This document shows, one piece after another, positions 30,010 to 40,600 of a stretch of DNA of 64,000 nt. Under the pieces are notes generated by a model. That model saw nothing but the letters and a program-made list of their open reading frames with translations, was not told the DNA's origin and did no database searches. A program made the translations under genes and the position numbers. The stretch is from an uncultured delta proteobacterium. GTDB taxonomy: Bacteria; Desulfobacterota; Binatia; UBA9968. The stretch covers positions 96,001-160,000 of the forward strand of contig CAVSLC010000023.1 of the NCBI GenBank assembly GCA_963728565.1, read 5' to 3'. Positions within the stretch are counted from its first letter, which is position 1; every line of letters begins with the position of its first letter.

Positions 30010-30594
30010 TCATCGACTACCTAGCAAGGCTTCCATCCTGTGGGCCCCCTGCTGCCGATCCGGAGTAGGAACTCTTTCTTGTGCGCTTATCAGACTACCG
30101 AATACGGCATCCGCCAACGGCAAAACAACATTGAGATTGCTTAGGTGTCGTTTGTGATGCATATGATGATGCGCGTCGAGCCAGCGAAACCACCGAGTCT
30201 GCTCGAGGCGCCGCCCCGTGGGAATGTGCATGCAGTAGTGCAGATACTCGTAAAGCGCATAATAAACCGCCATGGCCGCGCACGCGCCGGCGAGTATAGG
30301 GGCGCCAACAAGGCTTTGTATAAGAAGTATCGCAGGAAAGTGAAGAGCGATGATCAGCGGTGCGTTCCACCAGGCGAAGCGAACCTTCTTGAGATATTTC
30401 TTATCCGAAAGAAAGTAATCGCCACCTGTGCGGAAGAGACCATGGTGCACCAATGCGTGGGCACGAAATGGATATTTCCAGCGCGGCTGATGCATAAGAT
30501 ATTTATGTAAAGTCCATTCGAAAAAACTGCCATACACGAAAAAGGCGGCGAACGCGGCGAGTTCGCTGATGTAAAATGACATGATTTGTTTCAC
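30010..30594 (-). CDS. Fatty acid hydroxylase / sterol desaturase family membrane protein
   Basis: His boxes HKYLMH, HALVHH, HYCMH, HHMHH separated by TM segments. Confidence 0.82.
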   Translation of the reverse strand: MKQIMSFYISELAAFAAFFVYGSFFEWTLHKYLMHQPRWKYPFRAHALVHHGLFRTGGDYFLSDKKYLKKVRFAWWNAPLIIALHFPAILLIQSLVGAPILAGACAAMAVYYALYEYLHYCMHIPTGRRLEQTRWFRWLDAHHHMHHKRHLSNLNVVLPLADAVFGSLISAQERVPTPDRQQGAHRMEALLGSR

Positions 30595-30799
30595 TCCCTG
30601 TATTACGATTGAGTAAACGGCTCTGCGAAGATTTTCGGTCTATTGGAAGGCTTATGACGCCAGTTGGCAAGGCGGAATGCAGATCTTGGCTATGTGAGTT
30701 CCTATTGAGCTCATGAAAACGTGCTTCACACTACGTGGTTTTGCTCGATTGGTCAATTAGAATGCTTTCAAAAGGCGCATTTTCAACAACTAAGCGCCG

Positions 30800-30828
30800 T
30801 TTACGCAGCGCAGAGATTGTGCTACTTT
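30800..30828 (+). promoter_or_regulatory. Putative sigma70 promoter (extended -10) of the yebC-ruv operon
   Basis: TTTACG-N17-TACTTT with TG one base before the -10 box. Confidence 0.4.
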
Positions 30829-30859
30829 ACCGACAACTTACAAGGGAGTGTCTTAGTTT

Positions 30860-31606
30860 ATGTCAGGCCATTCAAAATGGAGCACGATCAAGCACAAGAA
30901 AGCTGCAAAAGACGCGAAGAAAGGCAAGCTCTTCACCAAGCTGATCAAGGAGATTACGGTTGCGGCGCGAATGGGCGGTGGCGATATTAATGCGAATCCG
31001 CGCCTGCGCACTGCGGTACTCACGGCTCGGTCTGCAAGTATGCCCACCGAGAACATCGATCGGGCGATCAAAAAGGGAACCGGCGAGCTTGAAGGTGTCA
31101 CCTACGACGAGATTCAATACGAAGGATATGGGCCGGGTGGTGCAGCCATATTGGCGCATGTGCTGACGGATAACAAAAATCGCACCGTTTCGGAGATTCG
31201 TCGCCTGTTTACAAAACACGGCGGCAATATGGGCGAGGCCGGCTGCGTCGCCTGGATGTTCGACAAAAAGGGCCTGATCACGATTGAGAAAACTCAAGTT
31301 GATGAGGATCGGTTGATGTCAATTGTTCTTGATGCCGGGGCCGAGGATGTTAGGGATGAAGATGAAATTTTCGAAGTGATTACAACCGTCGAAGAGTTCG
31401 ACAAGGTCAAGGAACGGCTCGAGCTCGAGAAAGTCGCGATTGCCAGCGCGCAAATTACCATGGTGCCGAAGAACACTGTTGATGTCGACGAGAAGAACGT
31501 CGAACAGATTTTGAAGCTTACCGAGGAACTTGAAGATCATGACGATGTCCAGAGCGTTTCGGCTAACTTCAACATCCCGAGTGAGTTAATGGAGAAGGCT
31601 AGTTGA
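30860..31606 (+). CDS. yebC: YebC/PmpR family protein
   Basis: [39 protein letters not shown]. Confidence 0.97.
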   Translation: MSGHSKWSTIKHKKAAKDAKKGKLFTKLIKEITVAARMGGGDINANPRLRTAVLTARSASMPTENIDRAIKKGTGELEGVTYDEIQYEGYGPGGAAILAHVLTDNKNRTVSEIRRLFTKHGGNMGEAGCVAWMFDKKGLITIEKTQVDEDRLMSIVLDAGAEDVRDEDEIFEVITTVEEFDKVKERLELEKVAIASAQITMVPKNTVDVDEKNVEQILKLTEELEDHDDVQSVSANFNIPSELMEKAS

Positions 31607-32194
31607 GCTGGGCTTCGCCTGTCCGGCGCAGAGCTGATGCACAGCCGCTGGCGCGCAGGGTTCTCGGTATCGATCCCGGTTCGGCAATCACCGGGTGGGG
31701 GGTCGTTGAGGCGGACAGGCACTTCATTGATCCATCTGGCGCATGGCACGGTGATTACGGCGGGCACTCAGGGGCAGGCGGCTCGGCTGGAGCGCATTTA
31801 CCGCGGCCTTGAGGAAGTGATCGATTCCTATAATCCGGATGGTGTTTGCGTCGAGCGGATTTTTTTCGCCCGAAACGCGCAGAGCGCGCTTAAGCTCGGT
31901 CAGGCGCGCGGCGTAGCCATTCTTGCCGCCGCGCGACGGAGCTTGGCAGTTCATGAGTATGCCGCCGTTGAGATCAAGGCCGCGGTGGTAGGCTACGGCC
32001 ATGCCACTAAACAGCAGGTACAAATGATGATTGCGTCTTTGCTGCGGCTTCGCGGCAAGTTGCCGGCCGACGCCGCGGACGCGCTTGCCGCGGCTATTTG
32101 CCATCTTCATATGCAGGTGTTGCGCGCGCGTCTCATCGAAGCCCTGCCAAGAACCATTGCGCCGTTGCGGCCGCGCAAGTCGATCCTTCCTTGA
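31603..32194 (+). CDS. ruvC: Crossover junction endodeoxyribonuclease RuvC, frameshifted near 31711
   Basis: VLGIDPG...TGWGVVE in one frame, then CVERIFF, KLGQARG and [12 protein letters not shown] in the next; one extra G at 31711. Confidence 0.9.
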
Positions 32195-32236
32195 GATGCC
32201 GAACGGCGTTGAAATTAACCGAAAGATTAAGCAGTC

Positions 32237-32830
32237 GTGATCGCTCAAATCAGCGGCACTCTGGCGCACAAGGTTGCAGGAGAAATCGTCGTCGATGTCG
32301 GCGGAGTCGGTTATCAGGTCTTCATCCCGCTCAATGTCTTTTATCATCTGCCGGAGATCGGCGCGCCGGTCCGGCTGCATATTCACACTCACTTGCGCGA
32401 GGATGCCCTACAGCTTTTCGGCTTCCAGGAACCGGCGGAAAAACAAGTTTTCTTGCAACTCAACGGCGTTGCCGGCATCGGGCCTAAACTTGCGCTAAAC
32501 ATTTTGTCGGGAATCCCCGCCGATGAACTCACCCGTGCAATCAAGGGAGGCGATCAGTTGCGCTTGGTATCGATCCCTGGCGTGGGCAAGAAACTTGCGG
32601 AGCGCATGATCGTCGAGCTTCGTGATCGCTTTGCGCTTCTCGAAGCTCAGGGCACAGAAACTCCGGCGCAAGGGCGCGACCCGCAGCTGCTCCAAGACGC
32701 TGTTTCGGCTCTTGTTAACCTGGGCTATCGTAAAGTGGAAGTTGAAAAGAACGTGCGTGACTGCGTTCAAGCGGGCAATCACAGTCTCGAGCAGGTGATT
32801 AAAGAAGTACTTCGGCGCATGAGTCGCTGA
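32237..32830 (+). CDS. ruvA: Holliday junction branch migration protein RuvA
   Basis: [44 protein letters not shown]. Confidence 0.97.
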   Translation: MIAQISGTLAHKVAGEIVVDVGGVGYQVFIPLNVFYHLPEIGAPVRLHIHTHLREDALQLFGFQEPAEKQVFLQLNGVAGIGPKLALNILSGIPADELTRAIKGGDQLRLVSIPGVGKKLAERMIVELRDRFALLEAQGTETPAQGRDPQLLQDAVSALVNLGYRKVEVEKNVRDCVQAGNHSLEQVIKEVLRRMSR

Positions 32831-32838
32831 CACTGATT

Positions 32839-33912
32839 ATGGCCCACTCACCCATCATCGATTCGGACAAATCCTCGGAATCGCGGGAGATCTCGCCGGC
32901 GCGAAGCGATGAGGATCTAAACTACGAGGTAAATCTGCGGCCCCGTGGATTCGAGGAATACGTCGGCCAAGATCGCGTCAAAGAAAACCTTAAAGTAGCC
33001 ATCGAGGCAGCCCGCGGTCGTGGCGAGGTTTTGGACCACCTTTTGTTTCATGGCCCGCCAGGATTAGGAAAAACATCCCTGGCCTACATCATCGCCCGTG
33101 AGATGGGCGTCAATATCAAAGGGACTTCAGGGCCGGTTATCGAACGTGCCGGTGATCTGGCGGCGATTCTCACTAATTTGGAGGAAGGCGATATCTTGTT
33201 CATCGATGAAATTCATCGCCTCAACCATATTGTCGAAGAGGTTCTATATCCCGCCATGGAAGACTTTCAAATCGATATCATGATTGGACAAGGTCCGGCG
33301 GCCCGATCCATCAAGCTCGAGTTGAAGCCATTTACTTTGATTGGTGCAACGACAAGATCAGGTCTGCTGACCTCGCCGCTGCGGGATCGCTTCGGCCTGA
33401 GCTTCCGGTTGGATTTTTATTCACCGGAAACCCTTGCTGATCTTCTCCAGCGCTCAGCTGTTATTCTCGGCGTGGCTGGCGAACAGGACGGAATCGCCGA
33501 GATCGCGCGGCGGTCGCGCGGCACCCCACGAATCGCCAACCGCCTGCTACGCCGTGTGCGCGACTATGCGCAGGTCAAAGCAGCCGGACGAATTACGCTC
33601 GCGGTGACGGTCGAAGCGTTACAGATGTTGGAGGTTGACTCCATTGGCCTCGATAAAATGGATACCATGTTGGTATTGACCCTGATCGAAAAGTTCTCCG
33701 GAGGACCGGTTGGAATCGAGACTCTGGCAGCGGCCATTGGCGAAGAAAAAGACACCATTGAAGATGTCTATGAGCCATTTTTGATTCAGGCGGGTTTCAT
33801 CCAACGAACGCCTAGAGGGCGTATGGCGACGCCCTTGGCTTACCATCACTTCGGCCAAAAACCTAAGGGACAGAAGGGCAGTGCTCCGAAGAACCAACCT
33901 AGTTTGTTTTGA
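32839..33912 (+). CDS. ruvB: Holliday junction DNA helicase RuvB
   Basis: [42 protein letters not shown]. Confidence 0.98.
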   Translation: MAHSPIIDSDKSSESREISPARSDEDLNYEVNLRPRGFEEYVGQDRVKENLKVAIEAARGRGEVLDHLLFHGPPGLGKTSLAYIIAREMGVNIKGTSGPVIERAGDLAAILTNLEEGDILFIDEIHRLNHIVEEVLYPAMEDFQIDIMIGQGPAARSIKLELKPFTLIGATTRSGLLTSPLRDRFGLSFRLDFYSPETLADLLQRSAVILGVAGEQDGIAEIARRSRGTPRIANRLLRRVRDYAQVKAAGRITLAVTVEALQMLEVDSIGLDKMDTMLVLTLIEKFSGGPVGIETLAAAIGEEKDTIEDVYEPFLIQAGFIQRTPRGRMATPLAYHHFGQKPKGQKGSAPKNQPSLF

Positions 33913-33957
33913 AGTAGCAACGACCTGAAATCCTTCCCAACCAGCGGATCGAACCCT

Positions 33958-34170
33958 ATGCCTGAGTTCGGTAGAACTTTGATCATTCTGGGGGTCGCAA
34001 TCATTGCCGTCGGAGTACTGTTTACATTTGGTGGAAAAATCCCTTGGCTGGGGCATTTGCCGGGTGATATCTACATCCAGCGAGGTCGCTTCAGTTTTTA
34101 CTTTCCCATCACCACGTGCATTGTTATCAGCATTCTCATCAGCCTTGTTCTCTATCTCTTTAGGAGATAA
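33958..34170 (+). CDS. DUF2905 family small membrane protein
   Basis: WLGHLPGDI...FYFPITTCI motif between two TM helices. Confidence 0.88.
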   Translation: MPEFGRTLIILGVAIIAVGVLFTFGGKIPWLGHLPGDIYIQRGRFSFYFPITTCIVISILISLVLYLFRR

Positions 34171-34204
34171 AATTCCTCTTGCATTTTAATCTCTTAGCAA
34201 GGCC

Positions 34205-36439
34205 ATGGGCAAAACCTTCAAAACCGAACAGCAGATCAGCGACACGCCCACGTTGGATGAAACTAAACGGCGAAAGCGTGAAGGACTGGCGATTCTCATC
34301 ACTTCACTGGTGGTGCTGGCGTTCGCATTCTTCGAGGTGCAGCTTCCCGATGTTTCCTCGGAATATTCTCTCAGCAATAACATAGTTTTCTTTCTCTTAA
34401 TCAACATCAACATCATTCTTCTGATTCTCCTGGTTTTTCTGGTCGTCAGAAACCTGGTGAAGCTGGTATTCGAACGCAAACGGCGGATCCTCGGCTCGCG
34501 ACTTAGGGTTCGCCTGGTGATTGCATTTGTCGGCCTATCGCTGATTCCGACACTGTTGCTGTTCGTCATTGCCGGGGGATTCGTCACCCGCTCCTTTGAA
34601 AGGTGGTTCGATATACAGGTCGAGACCGCGCTTCAGGGATCTTTGGAAATCGGCCAGACCTATTATCAAAACTCGGCAAACAACGCGCTTTTCTATGCAC
34701 GGCAGCTGAGCCGGCGCGTCACTGAACAAGAGCTGTTCGAGATCGGCCGGCGGAGCGATCTTAAAGAATTTATCCAGATCAAGCAGCGTGAGTACAATCT
34801 CGGGACTGTGGAATTATTTTCACCAGATCACCTGCCGGTAGTAGTGGCTTTCAATGACCAGGTACCCACTGGAGTTAGCATCAAGGCTGAAGCCGATTTC
34901 CTTAACCGCGCGCTGCGCGGCCTGGAAGTCACTCGAACTCAGGCTTTTGGCGAGGGCGACGTTATTCGCGGCGGTGTTCCGATCTATGACAGCGGCAAGC
35001 GGATTCAGGGAGTCGTCGTAGTCGATTATTACGTGCCGAAGAGCATCACCAAACGCGCGCTTGAAATCTCCCGGTCCTATGAGCAGTACAAACACCTTGG
35101 TTTTCTGAAGAATCCGGTGAAAAACAGTTACATTCTGACGCTGCTATTAATTACCCTGGTGATTATCTTCGCCGCGACTTGGTTCGGCCTTTATCTTGCC
35201 AAAGGAATCACGATCCCGATTCAGCAGGTGGCAGCGGGGACTCACGAAGTCGCTCATGGCAACTGGGATTATCAAATTGAGGCGGCCGGCGACGACGAGT
35301 TAGGAACCTTGGTTGAGTCTTTCAACCAGATGACCCGAGACTTAAAGAAGAGCAACCTGGAATTGTTGCGCCGCGGCAAGTTCGTTGAAACACTTCTCGC
35401 TAATATTACCGCAGGAGTCATTGCTGTCGATCCGAATGGCAAGATCACTTCTTGGAACAAGGCGGCCGAACAAATGTTAGGTGTGGATGGTTCTGATGCT
35501 CTCGGAAAATCCTACAGGGAAGCGTTTGAAACCGAGCCGCTAATGGTCATGCGCGACTTGATCAACAACCTCAAAGATCGCGAAAGCAGCGAGACTGAAT
35601 TGCAGATACAGCTACCGGACCATCTCCTTACCGTATTCGCGACCGCCGCTACCCTCAGAGATGATGCTAATGACAGCTTAGGTATCATGATTTTTCTCGA
35701 AGACATTACCCAGATTCAAAAAGTACAGAGGATGGAAGCGTGGCGCGAAGTGGCGCGGCGAATCGCGCACGAAATCAAGAATCCGCTCACGCCGATACAG
35801 CTCTCGGCCGAGAGACTGCGCAAACGCTATGCTAAGCTGTTGCAAGGGGATGGCGCGGTACTGGACAAATGCACGACGACGATCATCCAGCAGGTGGTCG
35901 AGCTCAAGAATCTGGTGAATGAGTTTTCGCAATTCGCAAGACTACCTACGGCTCAGCCGGTGCCCAACGACCTAAACGTGATTGTTCAGGACGCGCTATT
36001 CCTGTTTAAGGAAGGACATAACCATATCGATTTTGAATTCCGGCAGGGAGAGTTGCCGGCGCTGGAGCTCGATCAGGAGCAAATCAAACGGGTAATGATC
36101 AACTTATTAGACAACGCCGTGGCCGCCGTTGGCGGCCACGGCCATGTGCAGATATCGACTGCTTATGATTGCACTCGGAACACGGTCTACCTTGAAGTTG
36201 CCGACGATGGTTGCGGCATGGCGGCGGAAGCTCGAGTTAGAATATTCGAGCCTGGATTTTCCACAAAAAAACAGGGTACCGGTCTGGGGCTCACCATCGT
36301 CAATCAAATTGTCGAAGATCATCGAGGTTATATTCGGGTGCGGAACAACGAACCACGCGGCACAAGGTTCGTGATAGAGTTTCCGGTGCGGGAGCAGGGC
36401 GCGCTACGCGAGTTTAAAAGGAAGGCTGCGCAGCTATGA
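34205..36439 (+). CDS. ntrY: NtrY-type sensor histidine kinase (TM, periplasmic, HAMP, PAS, HisKA, HATPase)
   Basis: GSRLRVRLV, WFD, HAMP DDELGTLVESFNQMT, PAS NKAAEQML, H-box AWREVARRIAHEIKNPLTPIQLSAERL, G boxes DDGCG and GTGLGL. Confidence 0.9.
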   Translation: MGKTFKTEQQISDTPTLDETKRRKREGLAILITSLVVLAFAFFEVQLPDVSSEYSLSNNIVFFLLININIILLILLVFLVVRNLVKLVFERKRRILGSRLRVRLVIAFVGLSLIPTLLLFVIAGGFVTRSFERWFDIQVETALQGSLEIGQTYYQNSANNALFYARQLSRRVTEQELFEIGRRSDLKEFIQIKQREYNLGTVELFSPDHLPVVVAFNDQVPTGVSIKAEADFLNRALRGLEVTRTQAFGEGDVIRGGVPIYDSGKRIQGVVVVDYYVPKSITKRALEISRSYEQYKHLGFLKNPVKNSYILTLLLITLVIIFAATWFGLYLAKGITIPIQQVAAGTHEVAHGNWDYQIEAAGDDELGTLVESFNQMTRDLKKSNLELLRRGKFVETLLANITAGVIAVDPNGKITSWNKAAEQMLGVDGSDALGKSYREAFETEPLMVMRDLINNLKDRESSETELQIQLPDHLLTVFATAATLRDDANDSLGIMIFLEDITQIQKVQRMEAWREVARRIAHEIKNPLTPIQLSAERLRKRYAKLLQGDGAVLDKCTTTIIQQVVELKNLVNEFSQFARLPTAQPVPNDLNVIVQDALFLFKEGHNHIDFEFRQGELPALELDQEQIKRVMINLLDNAVAAVGGHGHVQISTAYDCTRNTVYLEVADDGCGMAAEARVRIFEPGFSTKKQGTGLGLTIVNQIVEDHRGYIRVRNNEPRGTRFVIEFPVREQGALREFKRKAAQL

Positions 36440-37754
36440 AAAATGGAGGGGCGGTGAAGGAGTTATCATCTCAGAAAACCATCCTTGTTGTCGATGACGA
36501 GGACAAGGTTCGGGAATCGGTTAAAGAAGTGCTGACGGACGAGGGATATCGGGTACTCGATACCGCTGATGCCACTTGCGTCCTGGAAATGATCGAAGCG
36601 GAGCAACCTGGGCTTGTGCTGCTCGACATCTGGATGCCGAAAATCGATGGTATTGGCTTGCTCAAAGAAATCAAGAGCAAGAACCTTCAACCAATGTAGT
36701 GATGATCTCCGGGCACGGAAATATCCACACGGCGGTGACCGCAACTAAATTTGGCGCTTTCGATTTTATCGAAAAGCCGGTCTCGCTCGACGGTCTGCTT
36801 CATACCGTGCAACGCGCCCTGGGCGAGCTCCCTGTACCTCAGAGCCTCTCCGAAATCGGCCAGCGCCATGGCGCCGAGGACGCAGACTCAGTGAGTACAG
36901 CTCCGCGGATAGTCACATCCGCCGAACCGATCCGACAAAAGACCTTGAGAAAAAGCGTGGTGAGTTCAGGTCAAGGATTGCATTCAGGTATTAAAACAGG
37001 ATTGATTCTGCATCCGCTCCCGCCAAATAGCGGCATCTTATTCGAGGGTATCTCAGGTGATGTCAGCGTACCTGCGCATTTAGATTATGTCGGATCAACG
37101 GGATTCGCGACATCATTGAGCCATCGCGGTTTTACGGTTGCGACCGTAGAGCATTTTTTGGCGGTCCTCCATAGTTACGGAATTACGAACTTGCTGGTGA
37201 AAGTTCAAGGCGAGGTTCCGATCTTGGATGGATCGGCGGCGGAGTTTTGCGAACTCATCGAGGAAGCTGGGCTGCACGAGCAAGACGAAAGCTGGTCAAG
37301 AATCGTCATCGATCGTCCTTATCGCATCGGTGACGACGGAGGAGAATGGATTAGTATTGAACCAGCGGAGACGTTTTCGGTCCACTACGTTCTGAAGTAT
37401 CCGAAACCGGTCGGCGTGCAGGAATACATATTCACACATCAAAGTCCGACTTCGTTCAAAGAAGAAATTGCGCCGGCAAGGACTTTCGGTTTTCTGCGCG
37501 ATATGGAGAAAATGCAAAAGCTCGGCTTGATCAACGGAGGCAAGCTTAGTAATTGTATCTTGATCGATGATGAGAAGATCGTAAACACCGACTTGCGCTT
37601 TCCGGAGGAATTGGCGCGTCATAAAATACTTGACATTATCGGGGATTTTTATCTGCTGGGAAGACCCATCCGCGGCAGAATCACCGCTCACATGACCGGC
37701 CATTCCGATAACATTGCATTACTTAAAGCTGTTCGCACCGGACTGGGGTTATAG
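36436..37754 (+). CDS. lpxC: Receiver (REC) domain-LpxC fusion protein; apparent 1-base deletion near 36679
   Basis: REC: ILVVDDE, LVLLDIWMP, then after the frameshift VVMISGHG and GAFDFIEKP. A linker follows, then LpxC: RQKTL...GQGLHSG, TVEHFLA, APARTFGF, RHKILDIIGD, TGH. ATGA overlap with the kinase stop. Confidence 0.88.
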
Positions 37755-37793
37755 GTTCTCTCGTTAAAGTCCCGACGACCCAAGTGGATCGGT

Positions 37794-38243
37794 ATGGATT
37801 CATCTTCGCCTTATTCCAGATTGTTCACGATCAACGAAGCGAACGCCCTTTTGCCTATAGTGCGTCCGACCATCGAACGCATTCTGGAGATCATACGGCG
37901 CCTCCGGGCCAAGAGCGAAATAGTGATTCGCGCGGAGCAGATCGACCCGGAAACGCCCAACCTGATGCGCCGTTTACAGCGCAACGATGAGATCGCCGCC
38001 TTGATCAAGCAGATCAACGACGCTGTCAATGAGATTCAACAACATGGCTGCGTGTGCAAAGGCGTAGAACAAGGATTGCTCGATTTTCCCTGTTTATTGG
38101 GAGAAGAGATTGTCTTTCTTTGTTGGCAATACGGTGAACATGAGATTGCCTACTGGCACAGAATTGAGGACGGTTTTGCCGGCAGGCGCCCATTGTTGGA
38201 CTCGACTGTCAGCGGATCGAGCGGCGGCGGGCCGCTTCACTAA
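37794..38243 (+). CDS. DUF2203 domain protein
   Basis: LFTINEANALLP, GLLDFP, VFLCWQYGE...YWH...GFAGRRP. Confidence 0.88.
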   Translation: MDSSSPYSRLFTINEANALLPIVRPTIERILEIIRRLRAKSEIVIRAEQIDPETPNLMRRLQRNDEIAALIKQINDAVNEIQQHGCVCKGVEQGLLDFPCLLGEEIVFLCWQYGEHEIAYWHRIEDGFAGRRPLLDSTVSGSSGGGPLH

Positions 38244-38336
38244 GCTTCGCCAAATTGGGTTTTCTCCAGTTGTAGTTCCGCGTCAATCTTATTCCGGAGT
38301 TTTCTGGCCTTGTGATTTCCACCGCTGAGCTCGAAT

Positions 38337-39483
38337 TTGGCCGAGCTGTCACAGCGCATCAAGAATGAAGCGCAAAGGCTCGGCTTTGAACTCGTTGGCA
38401 TCTCGCCAGTGCGGCTGCCGCCGCACGAGGAGTCGTTCGCTGATTGGCTGCGGAAAAAACTTCACGGTCATCTCGATTATATGGAGCGAACCGAGCTTTT
38501 GCGGCGCGATCCAAGGCTGCTTGTCCCCTGGGCAGTGTCAATCATTTCAGTGGGAATGAACTACTACACGCCGTTTAAACGGCCAACCCCGTCAGAACGC
38601 GGGCGCGGCTGGATCTCGCGCTATGCTTGGGGTGATGATTATCATGAGATTATCCGGGATAAATTGAAAACCCTGCTCGTATTTCTTCGTGAGATTGGCG
38701 GCGAGACGGTGGAAGGCAGAAGCTTCGTCGATTCCGCCCCGATTCTGGAGCGGGACTTTGCGGGTACTGCCGGCATAGGATGGATCGGGAAAAATACCCA
38801 GCTGATTTCGCCGAAAAAAGGGTCCTGGTTTTTCCTTGGTGAGTTGTTTACCAGTCTGCCCCTTGCTTATGATCAGGCCATTCGCGACCGCTGCGGTCAA
38901 TGTGACCTGTGCCTAAAAGCCTGCCCTACCGGCGCCTTCATCGGACCCTATCTGTTGGATGCGCGTCGCTGCATCTCCTACCTTACGATCGAGCTCAAGG
39001 GTTTTATTCCACGTCATCTGAGACCCCTTATCGGTAATCACATTTTCGGCTGCGACATCTGCCAGGAAGTCTGTCCTTATAATGTTAAAGCGAATTCCAC
39101 CGATGAACCGACTTACTTGCCGCGCCAAGGTCTTTATGCTCCCGATTTGGTTGCGCTGCTGTCGATCGACCAAGAGGAATTTCGCCGGCGGTTTCGCGGC
39201 AGTCCCATTGTCCGGGCAAAACGACGTGGATTCTTGCGCAATGTAGCCGTGGCGCTTGGCAATAATCGGCGGGCCTGAAGCCGTGCCGGCGCTGACCAAG
39301 GCACTGAATGACGAAGAGCCACTAGTTCGCGGTCATGTCGCATGGGCGCTGGGCCGGATCGGCACATCTGAGGCGCTCGCGACATTGCGGCAGAAATTGG
39401 CTTCAGAAGGTAACTCGGAGGTTAAAAGCGAGATTGAGGAGGCTCTTCGCGAGGCCAGTGAACCTGTCCCTGATCACTTGTAG
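38337..39483 (+). CDS. queG: tRNA epoxyqueuosine(34) reductase QueG with HEAT-repeat tail; frameshift near 39264
   Basis: ISRYAWGDDYH, GWIGKN, CGQCDLCLKACP, FGCDICQEVCP. ALGN|IGGPEAVPAL joins ORF 39256-39483 after removing one A. Confidence 0.93.
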
Positions 39484-39528
39484 CATGCGTCATCGATAAA
39501 AGGCTGGCATCGATAAGCAGCATCATTT

Positions 39529-39981
39529 TCAAGCAGTTTCTTCGGGTGGGCAAAGCATGATCTCGAGCGCCTTCATCAGCTCCTCCTCAATTCTCATGAT
39601 CCTGCCCTGACCATCGACACAGGCGTGCTTGGTCGAGCCGGAGGCCAGCAGCGCAGCTTCAGCCTCGCGCATGATTCGGTAGGTGAATGTCAATGATGCG
39701 CGGGTGACCGAAGCTATTCGTGTCTCGATGACGATCAGATCATCGTAACGCGCTGGTCTGAAGTATCGGCATGACAGCTCCGCAACTGGAAAATGCATGC
39801 CCCGTCGCTCGATGGTTGCGTACGGAATTCCGCTGGCACGCAGAAACTCACCGCGGCCGCTCTCGAACCAGCGTAGGTAGTTGGCGTAGTAGACCACACC
39901 CATTTGATCGGTATCACCATAGATGACTCGATAGGTTGTCACATTTAGATTGTTTAAATTGTTCGGTTTGCTCGAACTCAT
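39529..39981 (-). CDS. Acyl-CoA thioesterase (YbgC/FadM hotdog family)
   Basis: RVIYGDTDQMGVVYYANYLRWFE, PARYDD. Confidence 0.92.
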   Translation of the reverse strand: MSSSKPNNLNNLNVTTYRVIYGDTDQMGVVYYANYLRWFESGRGEFLRASGIPYATIERRGMHFPVAELSCRYFRPARYDDLIVIETRIASVTRASLTFTYRIMREAEAALLASGSTKHACVDGQGRIMRIEEELMKALEIMLCPPEETA

Positions 39982-40132
39982 GCGCTCTCACTCGTATGTT
40001 GTTTTGGAGCTTTTCTCAACGCCAGAGTTCCCGACGCGCCTTGACAATTTGAAATGAAGTATGCTTTAAGTTCTACAAATTTTCCGGCGATCATAGTCGT
40101 GAATTGCGGGTAAAAAGGTTCGGAGGAATGAA

Positions 40133-40600
40133 ATGAAGCGAACAACTGATCTCTTGACGTTATCAACCGGCTCGCTCCTGCTCGCTGCGGGCTTAATGGC
40201 GTGTTCATCTGGTCAGGAACAAATCGCCGCACCCGCGCAAAAACCGCCACCGAGCCAGGCCCAACCTGTCGCCGAAGCAAAGCCGCCCGCAGAGGCAAAA
40301 GCCACAAAGAGCGAAACAAAACAAACCAAATCCAAAGCTGTCGAAGTTGAGGGTGTCATCAGCAGCGTCGGCCAGCGAACGATTACCTTCCAAGTGGAGC
40401 GCAAGGGAAAGGTTCGCGAGGAGGTGGTTGGAGTCGATGACAAAACAAATATCGAAAAAGCCGGCAGCAGAGTCAAATTAAAAGATTTGCAGCAGAGCGA
40501 TAAAGCCTTGATCAACTATGAACCCGAAGCCTATACTCCGGCAACCGCCATCAAGGTGACTGGACAAGGTCAATTACAGAAGGTCGGTGGCGACGACTAG
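40133..40600 (+). CDS. Hypothetical lipoprotein with Pro/Ala/Lys linker and OB-like (DUF5666-like) domain
   Basis: ggagg RBS, lipobox LMAC, VEGVISSV...VDDKT...LKDLQQSDKA...ATAIKV pattern. Confidence 0.65.
   Translation: MKRTTDLLTLSTGSLLLAAGLMACSSGQEQIAAPAQKPPPSQAQPVAEAKPPAEAKATKSETKQTKSKAVEVEGVISSVGQRTITFQVERKGKVREEVVGVDDKTNIEKAGSRVKLKDLQQSDKALINYEPEAYTPATAIKVTGQGQLQKVGGDD

Noticed and set aside
39943-39963. Short 9-bp-period repeat encoding NNLNNLN at the thioesterase N-terminus
   Set aside because: Two imperfect units only; too short to support a contingency-locus claim.
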